Assembly (NCBI GenBank): GCA_021513715.1
Contig: CP084167.1
Location: forward strand, 3,168,001 to 3,232,000
Source of the DNA: Candidatus Heimdallarchaeum endolithica
GTDB taxonomy: Archaea > Asgardarchaeota > Heimdallarchaeia > Heimdallarchaeales > Heimdallarchaeaceae
Reading direction: 5' to 3'
DNA length: 64,000 nt
Part shown: positions 18,654 through 29,302 of the stretch, piece after piece
How positions within the stretch are numbered: the stretch's first letter is position 1
Layout: each line of letters starts with the position of its first letter
Translations under genes and position numbers: made by a program
The notes under the pieces: generated by a model
The model's input: only the letters and a program-made list of their open reading frames with translations
Told to the model about the DNA's origin: nothing
The model's database searches: none

Positions 18654-21500
18654 TTGATAAAAAGGCGTATTTTTGTTATTGCTCTGATTTTTGTTGTCAT
18701 ATTTACTTCTTTCCTAAGTTTTCAAACTGTAAGTGTGAATGCAGAAAGTTATCAGTTGAGTAATGGTGATACATTCATCTATAATTATGAGAGAAATGAA
18801 AACACTTATACACATAACTTATTTATGCCAGATGAAAATAAGGAAAGTTATGCCTTCAACTCTATATATTTTAGTAAAGATGAACATAAACATCTTAGAG
18901 CTTTTAATGTTACAAACACAAATATAAGCTCAACTTATATAGAAGTTTTGGATGTTCAAACTGGTCATCACTATTATTCTAGATATTGGAATAACACATA
19001 TTATAAATGGAATTCAAATGGGTGGTATGAAGACAACCTGGATGAATCTTATGATATCATCTATACTACTTCGGATTCAGGAAATGCTAATTATATGTAT
19101 TTTAATAATTACACAAATCTAGTTTTCGATCCAACATTTAATTTTGGAATATCAACGTTCATTTCACAAGAAACAAGAACATATATTGTAAACGGTGAGA
19201 TATTCACTTTACTAGTAGATGTTTATTATTCAAAATTAAATGAGTGTGAAGATACTTGGAATTTTACAATTTATGGTGTTGAGACAACAGTGCACATCTA
19301 TAATTACGATGAATATTATTACTATGTTGACAACAACACAGGAATTTTACTAGAATTTAAGAAAAATTATCATTGTGAAGAGTTTTATAGTTTCTATGAA
19401 TACTTATCTGATTACAATACGTATGTTAATTTTACCCATTCTGAAAATAGAGGTTTTTCTGAGTTACACACATTAACTAGAGCTAGTAGATTCTATTCTA
19501 CGAGTGATAATTCTTTTGTCCCATATTTTATTTTCAAGGATTACAATTGGGATAAACCTATAACAAATAGCACAACAGGAATTACTTTTCCATTACAGTT
19601 TTCTAAAGATGTTGTTAAAATGGAATTTTATGTGCGTAACTCTCAATATGTAGATTGGTTATGGAATTTAGTAGATAGTCAAACAATTACTGGCACAGAG
19701 TTGAATTATACTGCTCCAATAGAAGACTTTGAATATCTATTTAAAAAAATGAATAAAGAGTTTAAAATAATAGTTTACGATGCAAAAGGTAACTTTTTTG
19801 TCAAATGCTACTCATTAGAGGATCGCAGGTATCCTATCCCCGAGTGGCAGAGTCAAATAGAAACAAGCGCAAAATATAAGATGGTAGAAGACAAGGAGCT
19901 GGTCTTAAAACCTCTTTATATTTATTCTGACACTACTTGGAAAGTAGAAACAAGGTTCTATTATAATCAGTCAGATTTGACACAATTTTGGTCAAACACT
20001 TATGAAAGCTATGGTAATAGAACAATAGACTTATGGATCGGAGGAACATTGACTGTTGGAGACTATACAGTTAACATAACTTTTACTGACGCAGTCAACA
20101 CTACTTATTCCGAAATTGTTCCTGTAACTATCTATCCCAGTGGAACGGATGTTGACCCACCAAGTTTAAATGTACCTTGGTACGAAGAAAAAGATATTGG
20201 AAAACCACATAAATGGGTTATCGGAGATTATGAAGAATTCTGGTTCGAAACTTGGGATGATAATCCAAATTATTACAAATTTTATATTGATGGAGTTCTA
20301 TATGATACAGAAAATTATTCAGAACAAATTCGCAAATACTACACGTTAAATGATCTTATTAATGAAGTTGGATTGCATAATCTTACTGTTATAACCTATG
20401 ATCAATCTGGAAATTATAGGAAAGAATCATTCTGGTTAAAAGCTTATCCTGAAGGAACAGATGTAAAAAGACCAGGTGTAGAAAGTACTGAAATCTCTTA
20501 CTATGAATTAGGAAGCGCAGAAAGATTTACTTTTAAGATTTTTGAGCAAAACCCGGATTATTATGAAATTAAACTAAATGGTGAAATTATTTCTTCAGGA
20601 AATTATAACCGGGATAATTTTGAGATTTTCTTTACTGGAAAAGAATTGTTTAACGAAACAGGAATAAATATTCTAACACTCTTTGCTAATGATACCTCAG
20701 GAAAAGTTGGAGATGGTGATTGGCAAACTAATGTGGTTCCTAGTCAACCAGAATTAGATCCTCCTACATTTGAGAATATATATGATGTTGACTATTACAG
20801 AATTGGGGATGATTACGACTTTTCCTTCTACATTAACGATAAATATCCTGATACTTACAATCTTTATATTAATGGAAATCTAACGCTTTCCAATGTGCCT
20901 TATGAAGGTTATGGATGGTATCCAGAGAATGAACAACATTTGCAATTGCGAGATTATATTTTTGAAGAAGGAACCTATGAAATCTACATAGAAGCTTTCG
21001 ATCAATGGGGAAATAATAATAATATTACAATTTACGTTAATGCTTATAATGAAGCCTATCAAGATGATTATGATGCACCCCAGATAGATACTAACATGGA
21101 CTATTGGCATGCAATTGAATACGTAATAGGTACCAGTAAGACAGTGAAATTTACATTATATGATGCAAACCCTGACTATTATGAACTCTACATTGACGAC
21201 GAATTGATTAAAACCGATAGTTACACTGATGGTTCTACTATCTCATTTAACCTTAATACCTACATTACAGAAGAAGGTGTTCATTCAATAAAAATGGTTG
21301 CTTATGATGTTTTTGGAAATAGCAATGAATTAAAATTATCAATAAAAGCGGTTTATGAATCATCTAGTTCTGGAGACACTAACGAAACAACTAGTCAAGA
21401 TAAGCAAACTTTAGATTTACCATTTAGTATCTGGAGTATTTTTATCGCTTTGCCTGTAATAACTATTATAGCTAAGAAATTTAAAAAGTATAAAACATAA
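18654..21500 (+). CDS. Large secreted/surface protein with tandem Ig-like repeats and C-terminal membrane anchor
   Basis: Signal peptide; about four repeats of D..PP...IG...F..(D)xNPxYYxxYIxG...G.H/Y...AxD..GN; S/T-rich linker, TM helix and Lys tail. Confidence 0.75.
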   Translation: MIKRRIFVIALIFVVIFTSFLSFQTVSVNAESYQLSNGDTFIYNYERNENTYTHNLFMPDENKESYAFNSIYFSKDEHKHLRAFNVTNTNISSTYIEVLDVQTGHHYYSRYWNNTYYKWNSNGWYEDNLDESYDIIYTTSDSGNANYMYFNNYTNLVFDPTFNFGISTFISQETRTYIVNGEIFTLLVDVYYSKLNECEDTWNFTIYGVETTVHIYNYDEYYYYVDNNTGILLEFKKNYHCEEFYSFYEYLSDYNTYVNFTHSENRGFSELHTLTRASRFYSTSDNSFVPYFIFKDYNWDKPITNSTTGITFPLQFSKDVVKMEFYVRNSQYVDWLWNLVDSQTITGTELNYTAPIEDFEYLFKKMNKEFKIIVYDAKGNFFVKCYSLEDRRYPIPEWQSQIETSAKYKMVEDKELVLKPLYIYSDTTWKVETRFYYNQSDLTQFWSNTYESYGNRTIDLWIGGTLTVGDYTVNITFTDAVNTTYSEIVPVTIYPSGTDVDPPSLNVPWYEEKDIGKPHKWVIGDYEEFWFETWDDNPNYYKFYIDGVLYDTENYSEQIRKYYTLNDLINEVGLHNLTVITYDQSGNYRKESFWLKAYPEGTDVKRPGVESTEISYYELGSAERFTFKIFEQNPDYYEIKLNGEIISSGNYNRDNFEIFFTGKELFNETGINILTLFANDTSGKVGDGDWQTNVVPSQPELDPPTFENIYDVDYYRIGDDYDFSFYINDKYPDTYNLYINGNLTLSNVPYEGYGWYPENEQHLQLRDYIFEEGTYEIYIEAFDQWGNNNNITIYVNAYNEAYQDDYDAPQIDTNMDYWHAIEYVIGTSKTVKFTLYDANPDYYELYIDDELIKTDSYTDGSTISFNLNTYITEEGVHSIKMVAYDVFGNSNELKLSIKAVYESSSSGDTNETTSQDKQTLDLPFSIWSIFIALPVITIIAKKFKKYKT

Positions 21501-21908
21501 ATTTACTTACTTTCTTCTTTTTTTATTAATGACTAATTTTAGAATAACAACAGAAAATAAGATGGATAGATTCAAAAATTAATATAAAATGTGAATGGAG
21601 ATATTCTTGTACATCAGGTAAGCATTTCTAAATGATTCGTGCATTTAGATATTCTAAAAAGGAAAAAATAAAAGCGCTGAAACAGGAGAAAAAGTGAGTA
21701 AAAAGTATAGATCTTGCAAAAAGCATTTCATTCTAGTGAAAATTGAAATTTAGCAAAAGAAGAAAATTTGTTAGTAATCTTATAGGAAAGATATAAAAGC
21801 ATCTCAGTTTAGTTGGAATTAAGATTCTATATGTAATTAGTGATTTTTCTATACTTTTTTAAACCGATTAATTTCCATTGATTTAAAAAAGTAAAACTTG
21901 TGATTTAA

Positions 21909-23951
21909 TTGAATATATTCCCAAAATATCATCGCTTATTTTCTTCTGATGATGCTATACTTTTACCAGGTTTTTCTGAAATTTGTTCTATTTATGATTT
22001 TTATGAGACTTTAATAGATAATTGGGACAAGATAATCAGAAAACCTTTAACTTCCCCTCATTTATCTACAATTTCTTACATTCTAATGAGTTACTCTGAC
22101 TATGAACGATTAAAAGAATTATTTGACTTATTTTCCTCTCTTGAGGTTGCTAGCAATTATATTAAACTTTTAGCCAATCAAGGTAAGAAAGAAGAAGTTG
22201 AAAAGATTTTAAGCACTTATAAGCCAATAAAAGAACCTATTGAATGTTGGTTCGACTTAATTGGTTGGGGGATTTACTATTTTAGTCAAACTCAACAGAA
22301 AAATAAACTTAACGAGTTTTTAGATGAGTTTGAGGAAGGTTTTCAAAAGATTTCAAAATTAATGGAAAAGACTGATCTTTCTCTTATTCATCTACAAGCT
22401 TTTAAATTATATATCGAGGGCAGCTCTTTGTATTACAGGCGAGAGTACTTTAAATCTGTTAAATTAGCAAAAAAAGCAGTTGATCTACTTATTGAAAACG
22501 ATATCGAAGACAATTTTCTTCTTGGTTCAATATACAACCTTTTGGCAATCAATTACAGTTTATCTGGTAGTGGGCCAGAGAAAGAGATGCTCTACAAAGT
22601 CAGAGATACATTTAATGAAGAAAGAATGGATAGAGGAGTAGCGATTGCAAAAGGGAATCTAGCCTATTTATTGATACGTGAAGGAAAATTCGAAGAAGCA
22701 ATGACCTTACTTCTTGAATTTGATGAAATAATGAGAAAATATAGTGAAATAAGGAATTTAATCTTGAATTACAGCGATATTTACTATTGTTTAAAATCTC
22801 TTGGTAAAATGGATGAAGCTGAAAGGAATCTTGAAATTGCCATGCAACTGATGGAAGAATACAATTCTCCGAATGAAGACATTTACATAGATGCCACAGA
22901 ATTTTATGCATTGAAAGGTGAAATAGAAAAAGCAGAATTCTTTCTAAACAAGTATTCTCAATTTTTAGATGTTGAAGAAAAAGCAGAAACAGTCAAAAAC
23001 GCTACTACACTAATTTACCAAGGCTTTATTGATTTTAAAAAGAAAAACTTCTATGATGCTGATCTGAAATTAAAGAAAGGGTTAAGTATTGCTAGAAAAC
23101 AAAATGTCATTCCTCTTGTTTTACAAGCTCTAATCTATTTGATAGAACTAAATATATCTAAATATAAAATAGAAGCAAGTTCTCTTGTGAAAGAAGAAAT
23201 AATAGAAGAAATAGAAATATTAAGCCAAGAAACAATTGCTATCCTAAAGTTTCACGATAATATATTTCAGATGATTAACTATCAACAGCTGCTTGCTACT
23301 GCCTATATCTTGTCAAATAAGGTTTCTCTAGCTATTTCATTACTTGAAGAAGCAGAAAAAATAAGTATAAAACACAATATGATGGGACAAATTAAGCAGA
23401 TCAAAGAATTAATGGGTTTAGCAAAATCGGTTGATAACTATGTAAATGGAGCTAAAGTGCAAATCCATCGAGAACTAGAGAAAGACTTGCAAACGTATTC
23501 ATCAAAAGCTATAAGAGAAATAACAATTCTTCGAGATCAAGAAGAAGAGCCTACTCTGCTTTCTCTTTTAGTTATTCAAGAAAGTGGACTACCTTGCTTT
23601 TCCTATAATTTTAAAGATGAAAGTTTTACCACTGATGAACTGTTACTCTCAGGATTGATAAATGCAATACAAAAATTTAGCTCTGAAATATCTTGGAAGA
23701 AAGGAAAGTTTAGACTTATGGCTCATTCTGATTATATTTTACTAATTGAACCCCATGAAAAATTCTCAATAGCCTTATTTGTGGATGGTTATGATACAAG
23801 TTTCAGAGAAAAAATGAGTGAATTTGCAGAATATGTGAAACCATTGGTAGATAAATTAGGTGACCAAAAATACCTTGATGGAGAAACTTGTATAGATCTC
23901 GATTTTAATCTAAAAGGAATAGTAGAAAAGATATTTATTCCTGAAAATTAA
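21909..23951 (+). CDS. TPR-repeat protein with C-terminal longin/roadblock-like domain (Asgard-type)
   Basis: TPR-like helices (GNLAYLLIREGKFEEA, LGKMDEAE); C-terminal LLVIQESGLPCFSYNF...LLSGLINAIQKFSSE. Confidence 0.7.
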   Translation: MNIFPKYHRLFSSDDAILLPGFSEICSIYDFYETLIDNWDKIIRKPLTSPHLSTISYILMSYSDYERLKELFDLFSSLEVASNYIKLLANQGKKEEVEKILSTYKPIKEPIECWFDLIGWGIYYFSQTQQKNKLNEFLDEFEEGFQKISKLMEKTDLSLIHLQAFKLYIEGSSLYYRREYFKSVKLAKKAVDLLIENDIEDNFLLGSIYNLLAINYSLSGSGPEKEMLYKVRDTFNEERMDRGVAIAKGNLAYLLIREGKFEEAMTLLLEFDEIMRKYSEIRNLILNYSDIYYCLKSLGKMDEAERNLEIAMQLMEEYNSPNEDIYIDATEFYALKGEIEKAEFFLNKYSQFLDVEEKAETVKNATTLIYQGFIDFKKKNFYDADLKLKKGLSIARKQNVIPLVLQALIYLIELNISKYKIEASSLVKEEIIEEIEILSQETIAILKFHDNIFQMINYQQLLATAYILSNKVSLAISLLEEAEKISIKHNMMGQIKQIKELMGLAKSVDNYVNGAKVQIHRELEKDLQTYSSKAIREITILRDQEEEPTLLSLLVIQESGLPCFSYNFKDESFTTDELLLSGLINAIQKFSSEISWKKGKFRLMAHSDYILLIEPHEKFSIALFVDGYDTSFREKMSEFAEYVKPLVDKLGDQKYLDGETCIDLDFNLKGIVEKIFIPEN

Positions 23952-24019
23952 ACAAGATTAATCTTTCTTTTCTTTTTATTTAAAAAAACGAAAAAAAGAA
24001 AAAAGAATTCTTTCTCCAT

Positions 24020-25075
24020 TTATTTTGATAAAATCGATTCTCTAAAGAGTTTATTCAATAATCCTTTACTAGGTTTCTTATTTCCTTTTTCGATTTCTTT
24101 AATCGTTTTGATAAGCATTTCATTTGTAGGCATTTTTACACCCAGTTTACTGCCTATCTCGTACACTTTACCGTTTAGGTAATCAATTTCTGTTGATTTT
24201 CCATTTCTGATATCTTGTAGCATTGAGACTATAGCATTCTTGTGAGGTGCAACTATTCTCTTTAGAACGTTTTTTGCTATTCCAAAACTGATTATGTCGT
24301 AAACGTATAACACTTCAGCGAATAAAACTCCTTGAAATGGATTTAACTTTAGCCCTAAAGCTTTAGCTACATCTACCATCTCTTTCCAGTTCCATAAGGA
24401 CAAATAGATAGCTGCTTTTGTTCTTGCAATTTCTCCTAAAGGCATATCTCCTATTGCACAAATAGGATTGATTGTGCTGTTTATCATTAGTTTCATCCAA
24501 ACATCAGAAATGATATTATCAGAAACTTTTGTTGGAGCTACAAATTCTAGCACTTTAGGAATAAAATCTGGCACATCCTCGCTTTTAACTTCTTTTTCTT
24601 TTCCTATTCTTCCAATAACCAGGTCTCCTTCTGAAGTTTGCTCTGCTATTCCTGTATCTACTAACTTGACATTGAATCCTACAACACAAGCAATTACTTT
24701 TTTGAAGTGTGACTCTTTTGCTATTTCTTCTGCAATTAATCCATTTTGAAGAGAAACTATAGGAATTTCTTGGTCGTAAATTTGTTCAAGTTGTTTTATC
24801 ACTTCGATTGTAGAGTTAGCTTTTAAGGTAATTAATATTGCATCAGGTTTCCACTCTTTTTCATTTTGTAAATCATCGATTGTTACTCCCACTACTTTTC
24901 CTTCTAACTTTCCTTTAGAAGAATTATAAACCATCTTTTTCTTTGAGAAGAATTCTTTATGTCTTTCTCTACCTAAAACCCTAACATGAATGTTATTAGC
25001 AGCAAGAGGTGTAGCAACAGCTGTTCCTATTGCTCCAGGGCCAACTACTAGTAAATTTATATTTTCTTTATCCAT
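24020..25075 (-). CDS. panE: 2-dehydropantoate 2-reductase (ketopantoate reductase family)
   Basis: GPGAIG, LQNG, WMKLMIN and SMLQDI...TEIDYLNG motifs. Confidence 0.85.
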   Translation of the reverse strand: MDKENINLLVVGPGAIGTAVATPLAANNIHVRVLGRERHKEFFSKKKMVYNSSKGKLEGKVVGVTIDDLQNEKEWKPDAILITLKANSTIEVIKQLEQIYDQEIPIVSLQNGLIAEEIAKESHFKKVIACVVGFNVKLVDTGIAEQTSEGDLVIGRIGKEKEVKSEDVPDFIPKVLEFVAPTKVSDNIISDVWMKLMINSTINPICAIGDMPLGEIARTKAAIYLSLWNWKEMVDVAKALGLKLNPFQGVLFAEVLYVYDIISFGIAKNVLKRIVAPHKNAIVSMLQDIRNGKSTEIDYLNGKVYEIGSKLGVKMPTNEMLIKTIKEIEKGNKKPSKGLLNKLFRESILSK

Positions 25076-25674
25076 TTTTTACCCTCTTTGAAAGCTTTTT
25101 TATTAACTTGAGAAAGAAGAATGTTTTTCCCAAGAAGTTTCTTAACTATTTTTTCTCCAGTTTCTTCAGTAATCCCCAGCTCTTCGAAAGTCGTTAAAGC
25201 AGAAAATATTCCAACATTATAAGGGATAAAGTTACCTTTAAACTGCTTTTTGAAGTTTTCACTGTCAAAAATGTAAAGTTCTTCTGCTCTTTCTCTAATC
25301 TCTTTGTCTATTTCTTCTTCTTCAGGAAAGACTTCTAAACCAAAATAATTTGTATTTCTAATCTCAAAATAGTCAAGTAGAATTACCTTTGGTTTGTGCC
25401 CTTTAATTCCATACAGATATCTCAGTGTTTCCATTTTTTCTAGCCCTATGACAAGATCGACGTCTGAGCTAGCAAATAAAGGAGAACTTTCTTCATTTAG
25501 TCGGAGAAAAGATTGAACTGACCCTCCACGTTGAGAAAGACCGTGTATTTCATTGTAACACACTTTCTTTCCCGTATCAAGAGCTGATTCAGCAATCATT
25601 TTAGCCAAAGTAATAATCCCTTGACCACCTAAACCCAAAAAAGCAATATTTAGTGTTTCCTTGTTTTTCTTCAT
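25057..25674 (-). CDS. iorB: Indolepyruvate:ferredoxin oxidoreductase beta subunit
   Basis: GLGGQG and EIHGLSQRGGSV motifs; follows iorA. Confidence 0.85.
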   Translation of the reverse strand: MKKNKETLNIAFLGLGGQGIITLAKMIAESALDTGKKVCYNEIHGLSQRGGSVQSFLRLNEESSPLFASSDVDLVIGLEKMETLRYLYGIKGHKPKVILLDYFEIRNTNYFGLEVFPEEEEIDKEIRERAEELYIFDSENFKKQFKGNFIPYNVGIFSALTTFEELGITEETGEKIVKKLLGKNILLSQVNKKAFKEGKKWIKKI

Positions 25675-25682
25675 TTTCTCAC

Positions 25683-27572
25683 CTACTTAATCGCTTTAAC
25701 AGGGCATACCATAGCACAATAACCGCATCCTGTACAAGTATCTTGCTTGATGACTATTTTTCCATCTTCTTTGACTATAGATGGGCAAGCAAAGTCTATT
25801 AGACAATTACCGCATTGGGTACAAAGATCTTGATCAATAGACAAAGGTTTAACAGGAGTTTTCATATTTCTGAGTTTATTAACAACACATTCTCCCTTGA
25901 AAATAATGACTGATGGCCCTTGGTATTCTAAAGCTTCTTTAACTATTTTCACGTTTTCCTTAACGTTGATCGCTTGAACAGATTTAATCCATTTTACTCC
26001 TAAACCCTTAACTACTTCCTCAAGATTGATTGGGTTGAAATTTTTTCTTTTCCAAGTAGTTGAAGACGGAGAAGGTTGACCTCCAGTCATAGCTGTCAAA
26101 GAGTTATCTAAAATTGCTAAAGTAATATTGTGATTGTATTCTACAGCATCAAGAAGAGCAGGCATACCTGCGTGGAAGAAAGTTCCATCTCCAATAATAG
26201 CAATAACTTTCTTTCCATTGACTTTGGACATACCTAAAGCTGTTCCTAGTCCTCCACCCATACATAACCAATAATCTCCAACATCTACAGGCTGTACTTG
26301 ACCAAGAGCATAACAACCGATATCAGAAGGAATAATGAAATCTTCACCAGTAGCCTTCTTGATAGAATAGAAAGCTCCACGATGAGAGCAACCATCGCAT
26401 AGTCTAGGAAGTGTTCGAGGAATTAAAAGCTCTTCACTATCAAAAATCTTTGGAAGAGGAGAAGGATCAGGAATCTCATAGAAAACTGAATCATCATTTG
26501 GGTCAGCAACTATACGACTAAAAGCTTCCTTTAAGGCATCGGGTCTCAAAGAATTTTCATAAGGAATCTGCAACTTCTCTTTACCAAAAACAGTTACGTT
26601 CAACTTGTTTCTTCCTATAATAGCTAGTATTTCTGTTTCTAAATAAGGTTCAAGCTCTTCAACAAAGTAAATGTATTTGTATTTTTTAACAATTTCAGCA
26701 ATCTTCTCTTCGTTTAAAGGAAAGATAGCTCCAATTTTCAAAATATCTCCATTAAAGTTGTACAGTTCAGCCATATATTCAACAATAGGATAAATTGCTC
26801 CATGAGTAATTATTAACCTCTCGGATGAAGAAGAAGACTCTTTAAGAGAAATAAATTCTTCAAATAGAGGATCTTTAGCGAGTGCTTTCAAACTCTTATG
26901 TAAACCTTTGTGTAAAAGATATCTTGCAGGAATTTGATATTTTATCTCCCTAACAAATTCCCCATTCCAGCTAAGATTTTCCTCAATAGGCTTATGTTTA
27001 ACAATTCCTGTGCTTAAAGATGTAAAATTAGTCATTCGAAGCATACAAAGCATGTTGTACTTCTCAGACAATTCATAGATCTTAGGGATAACATCTCTAA
27101 TTTCCTGAGGAGTGGAAGGCTCAAAAACAGGAATGTGTGCAAATTTACCCCAAAACCTGGAATCTTGTTCATTTTGGCTAGACTGGCATCCAGGGTCGTC
27201 AACAGCAACAATAATCATTCCTCCTTGAACGCCAAAGTAAGCTAAGGCCATCATAGCATCAGAAGCAACATTAACTCCAACATGTTTCATAATAACAGCT
27301 GAACGAACTCCTGATAAAGCTGCAGCAGCAGAAATCTCAAAAGCAACTTTCTCATTAACAGAGTATTCAAAATATAATTGTCCTTTCTCATGCAGCTTAG
27401 CTAATCTAACTTGAATTTCAGTACTAGGAGTACCAGGATAAGCAGCAGTAAAACCAACACCAGCTTCAAGTAACCCTTGAACAACAGCATGATTTCCCAT
27501 GAAAAGAGCTTCTTCGGTTTCAGCTATTCCATTATCAATTTTGTTTTTTCTTTTAACAGACATAATAATCAC
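25683..27572 (-). CDS. iorA: Indolepyruvate:ferredoxin oxidoreductase alpha subunit
   Basis: YPGTPSTE, NEKVA, KHVGVNVA, SQNEQD, LCDGCSHR, DIGCY and GDGTFFH...MTGGQ motifs; C-terminal 2x[4Fe-4S]. Confidence 0.92.
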   Translation of the reverse strand: MIIMSVKRKNKIDNGIAETEEALFMGNHAVVQGLLEAGVGFTAAYPGTPSTEIQVRLAKLHEKGQLYFEYSVNEKVAFEISAAAALSGVRSAVIMKHVGVNVASDAMMALAYFGVQGGMIIVAVDDPGCQSSQNEQDSRFWGKFAHIPVFEPSTPQEIRDVIPKIYELSEKYNMLCMLRMTNFTSLSTGIVKHKPIEENLSWNGEFVREIKYQIPARYLLHKGLHKSLKALAKDPLFEEFISLKESSSSSERLIITHGAIYPIVEYMAELYNFNGDILKIGAIFPLNEEKIAEIVKKYKYIYFVEELEPYLETEILAIIGRNKLNVTVFGKEKLQIPYENSLRPDALKEAFSRIVADPNDDSVFYEIPDPSPLPKIFDSEELLIPRTLPRLCDGCSHRGAFYSIKKATGEDFIIPSDIGCYALGQVQPVDVGDYWLCMGGGLGTALGMSKVNGKKVIAIIGDGTFFHAGMPALLDAVEYNHNITLAILDNSLTAMTGGQPSPSSTTWKRKNFNPINLEEVVKGLGVKWIKSVQAINVKENVKIVKEALEYQGPSVIIFKGECVVNKLRNMKTPVKPLSIDQDLCTQCGNCLIDFACPSIVKEDGKIVIKQDTCTGCGYCAMVCPVKAIK

Positions 27573-27707
27573 GATATAGAAGTAATAGATGTATCTCTTG
27601 AAAGATGAAAGTAAAGTTATTTATAAATTTAATTTAGCTAAGATAAAATATGCTATTGTAAATTATTGAAATTTAGTTCAGTCTAATCCTCAAAAATAAA
27701 GGATATC

Positions 27708-28936
27708 ATTTCAATCCCACTATGGTCTGATTCTAACGTAATCTTTCATCTCACATTAAGAGACTAGAAGAGCAATTTCAATCCCACTATGGTCTGATTC
27801 TAACTTCTAATCCAAAAAGCATTGCTGTTACAAACATTATATTTCAATCCCACTATGGTCTGATTCTAACTGTCTTGAATTAACAATTCATCAGAAATTT
27901 TATAGAGATTTCAATCCCACTATGGTCTGATTCTAACGAGTATAATAAGTGAATATACACCTACAGGAGAATTATTTCAATCCCACTATGGTCTGATTCT
28001 AACCCTCTTTGTCATATCCTCGCAATATTTCTTTACATTTATTTCAATCCCACTATGGTCTGATTCTAACTAAAATAAAAATAATTTGCACTAATAAAAC
28101 TCAACAAATTTCAATCCCACTATGGTCTGATTCTAACTTTTAAAAGTTGATAATTGATAAGGATAATTATCCACATTTCAATCCCACTATGGTCTGATTC
28201 TAACCTTTACAAAGAAAACAAACGTCTTTGCTTCTATGAAATTTCAATCCCACTATGGTCTGATTCTAACGAATAACAGTCTTTTAACAAGCAATTCCTT
28301 TGCAGTATTTCAATCCCACTATGGTCTGATTCTAACTTGATTTAACTAATACGGAACGTAGCACAGGTATAAATATTTCAATCCCACTATGGTCTGATTC
28401 TAACAGGTAAGAAAAATGTCAGAAATAATAAAACTATATCAATTTCAATCCCACTATGGTCTGATTCTAACAGGTAAGAAAAATGTCAGAAATAATAAAA
28501 CTATATCAATTTCAATCCCACTATGGTCTGATTCTAACACTTTTGCCTTTAGTACTTGTTATCTCAATCTTATTTCAATCCCACTATGGTCTGATTCTAA
28601 CTTGCAGAGTTCTAAGTCTTTTCCTGAAAGTTTTGTTTATTTCAATCCCACTATGGTCTGATTCTAACCAATATGTTTCAATAGATAGTTGGGATGGAAT
28701 AAAAAATTTCAATCCCACTATGGTCTGATTCTAACTTTTATGCTTTTTTCTGTAAGTTTAGTAAGAAAAATATTTCAATCCCACTATGGTCTGATTCTAA
28801 CTAACTTAACCATGATTGCTGAAGAAGGCGACCCATTGATTTCAATCCCACTATGGTCTGATTCTAACTTAAAGACATTAGATGTGCTCAACATGATGGT
28901 TTATGTATTTCAATCCCACTATGGTCTGATTCTAAC
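27708..28936 (-). CRISPR. CRISPR array: 19 identical 30-bp repeats (GTTAGAATCAGACCATAGTGGGATTGAAAT on the minus strand) and 18 spacers of 33-38 bp
   Basis: Counted directly. Orientation inferred from the ATTGAAAT 3' handle and the leader lying on the cas2 side. Confidence 0.98.
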
Positions 28937-29035
28937 TCTTGTTGTTGTCTGTTTTTTTGATAATATTAAGGCTTTTCTTTTTATTCGCATTCGTATTCCT
29001 CCCATTTGGTATTTAGTTTATAAACATCCACATTC
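28937..29035 (-). promoter_or_regulatory. CRISPR leader with TATA-like GGATGTTTATAAA (29029-29017)
   Basis: AT-rich ~100 bp between the cas2 stop and the first repeat; shares a 12-mer with the cas6 upstream region. Confidence 0.7.
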
Positions 29036-29299
29036 TTATAATATGTTTGATTTATTCCCTTTTTGAATTCCTATTTCTTTTCTTTCTAAATATTTTTCAT
29101 CTCTTAACGTATATACCAATACGCTATCTTCAGTTTTTTTTATCATTTTTTCAAGATTTTTTATTATTGAACGCATTTCTGCCTTTGTTATTTCTCCTTC
29201 AAAAACACTATTTTGTATCCATTCTAGATATGTCTTCAGAAACTTTCTTACTTTATCTATTCTTTCTACCTTTATATCATATACAATTATAACATACAT
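29036..29299 (-). CDS. cas2: CRISPR-associated endonuclease Cas2
   Basis: YVIIVYDI...WIQNSVFEG...DSV motifs; 87 aa. Confidence 0.95.
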   Translation of the reverse strand: MYVIIVYDIKVERIDKVRKFLKTYLEWIQNSVFEGEITKAEMRSIIKNLEKMIKKTEDSVLVYTLRDEKYLERKEIGIQKGNKSNIL

Positions 29300-29302
29300 A
29301 CA

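Noticed and set aside
27738-28906. Self-targeting spacers within the window
   Set aside because: None noticed by eye; an exhaustive alignment was not possible.
28940-28950. 10/11 match of the unit-B linker start to the CRISPR leader (AGACAACAACA)
   Set aside because: Low complexity with a seed mismatch; insufficient evidence.
28416-29066. ORF-track ORFs across the CRISPR array
   Set aside because: They are translations of repeats and spacers (recurring FQSHYGLILT).
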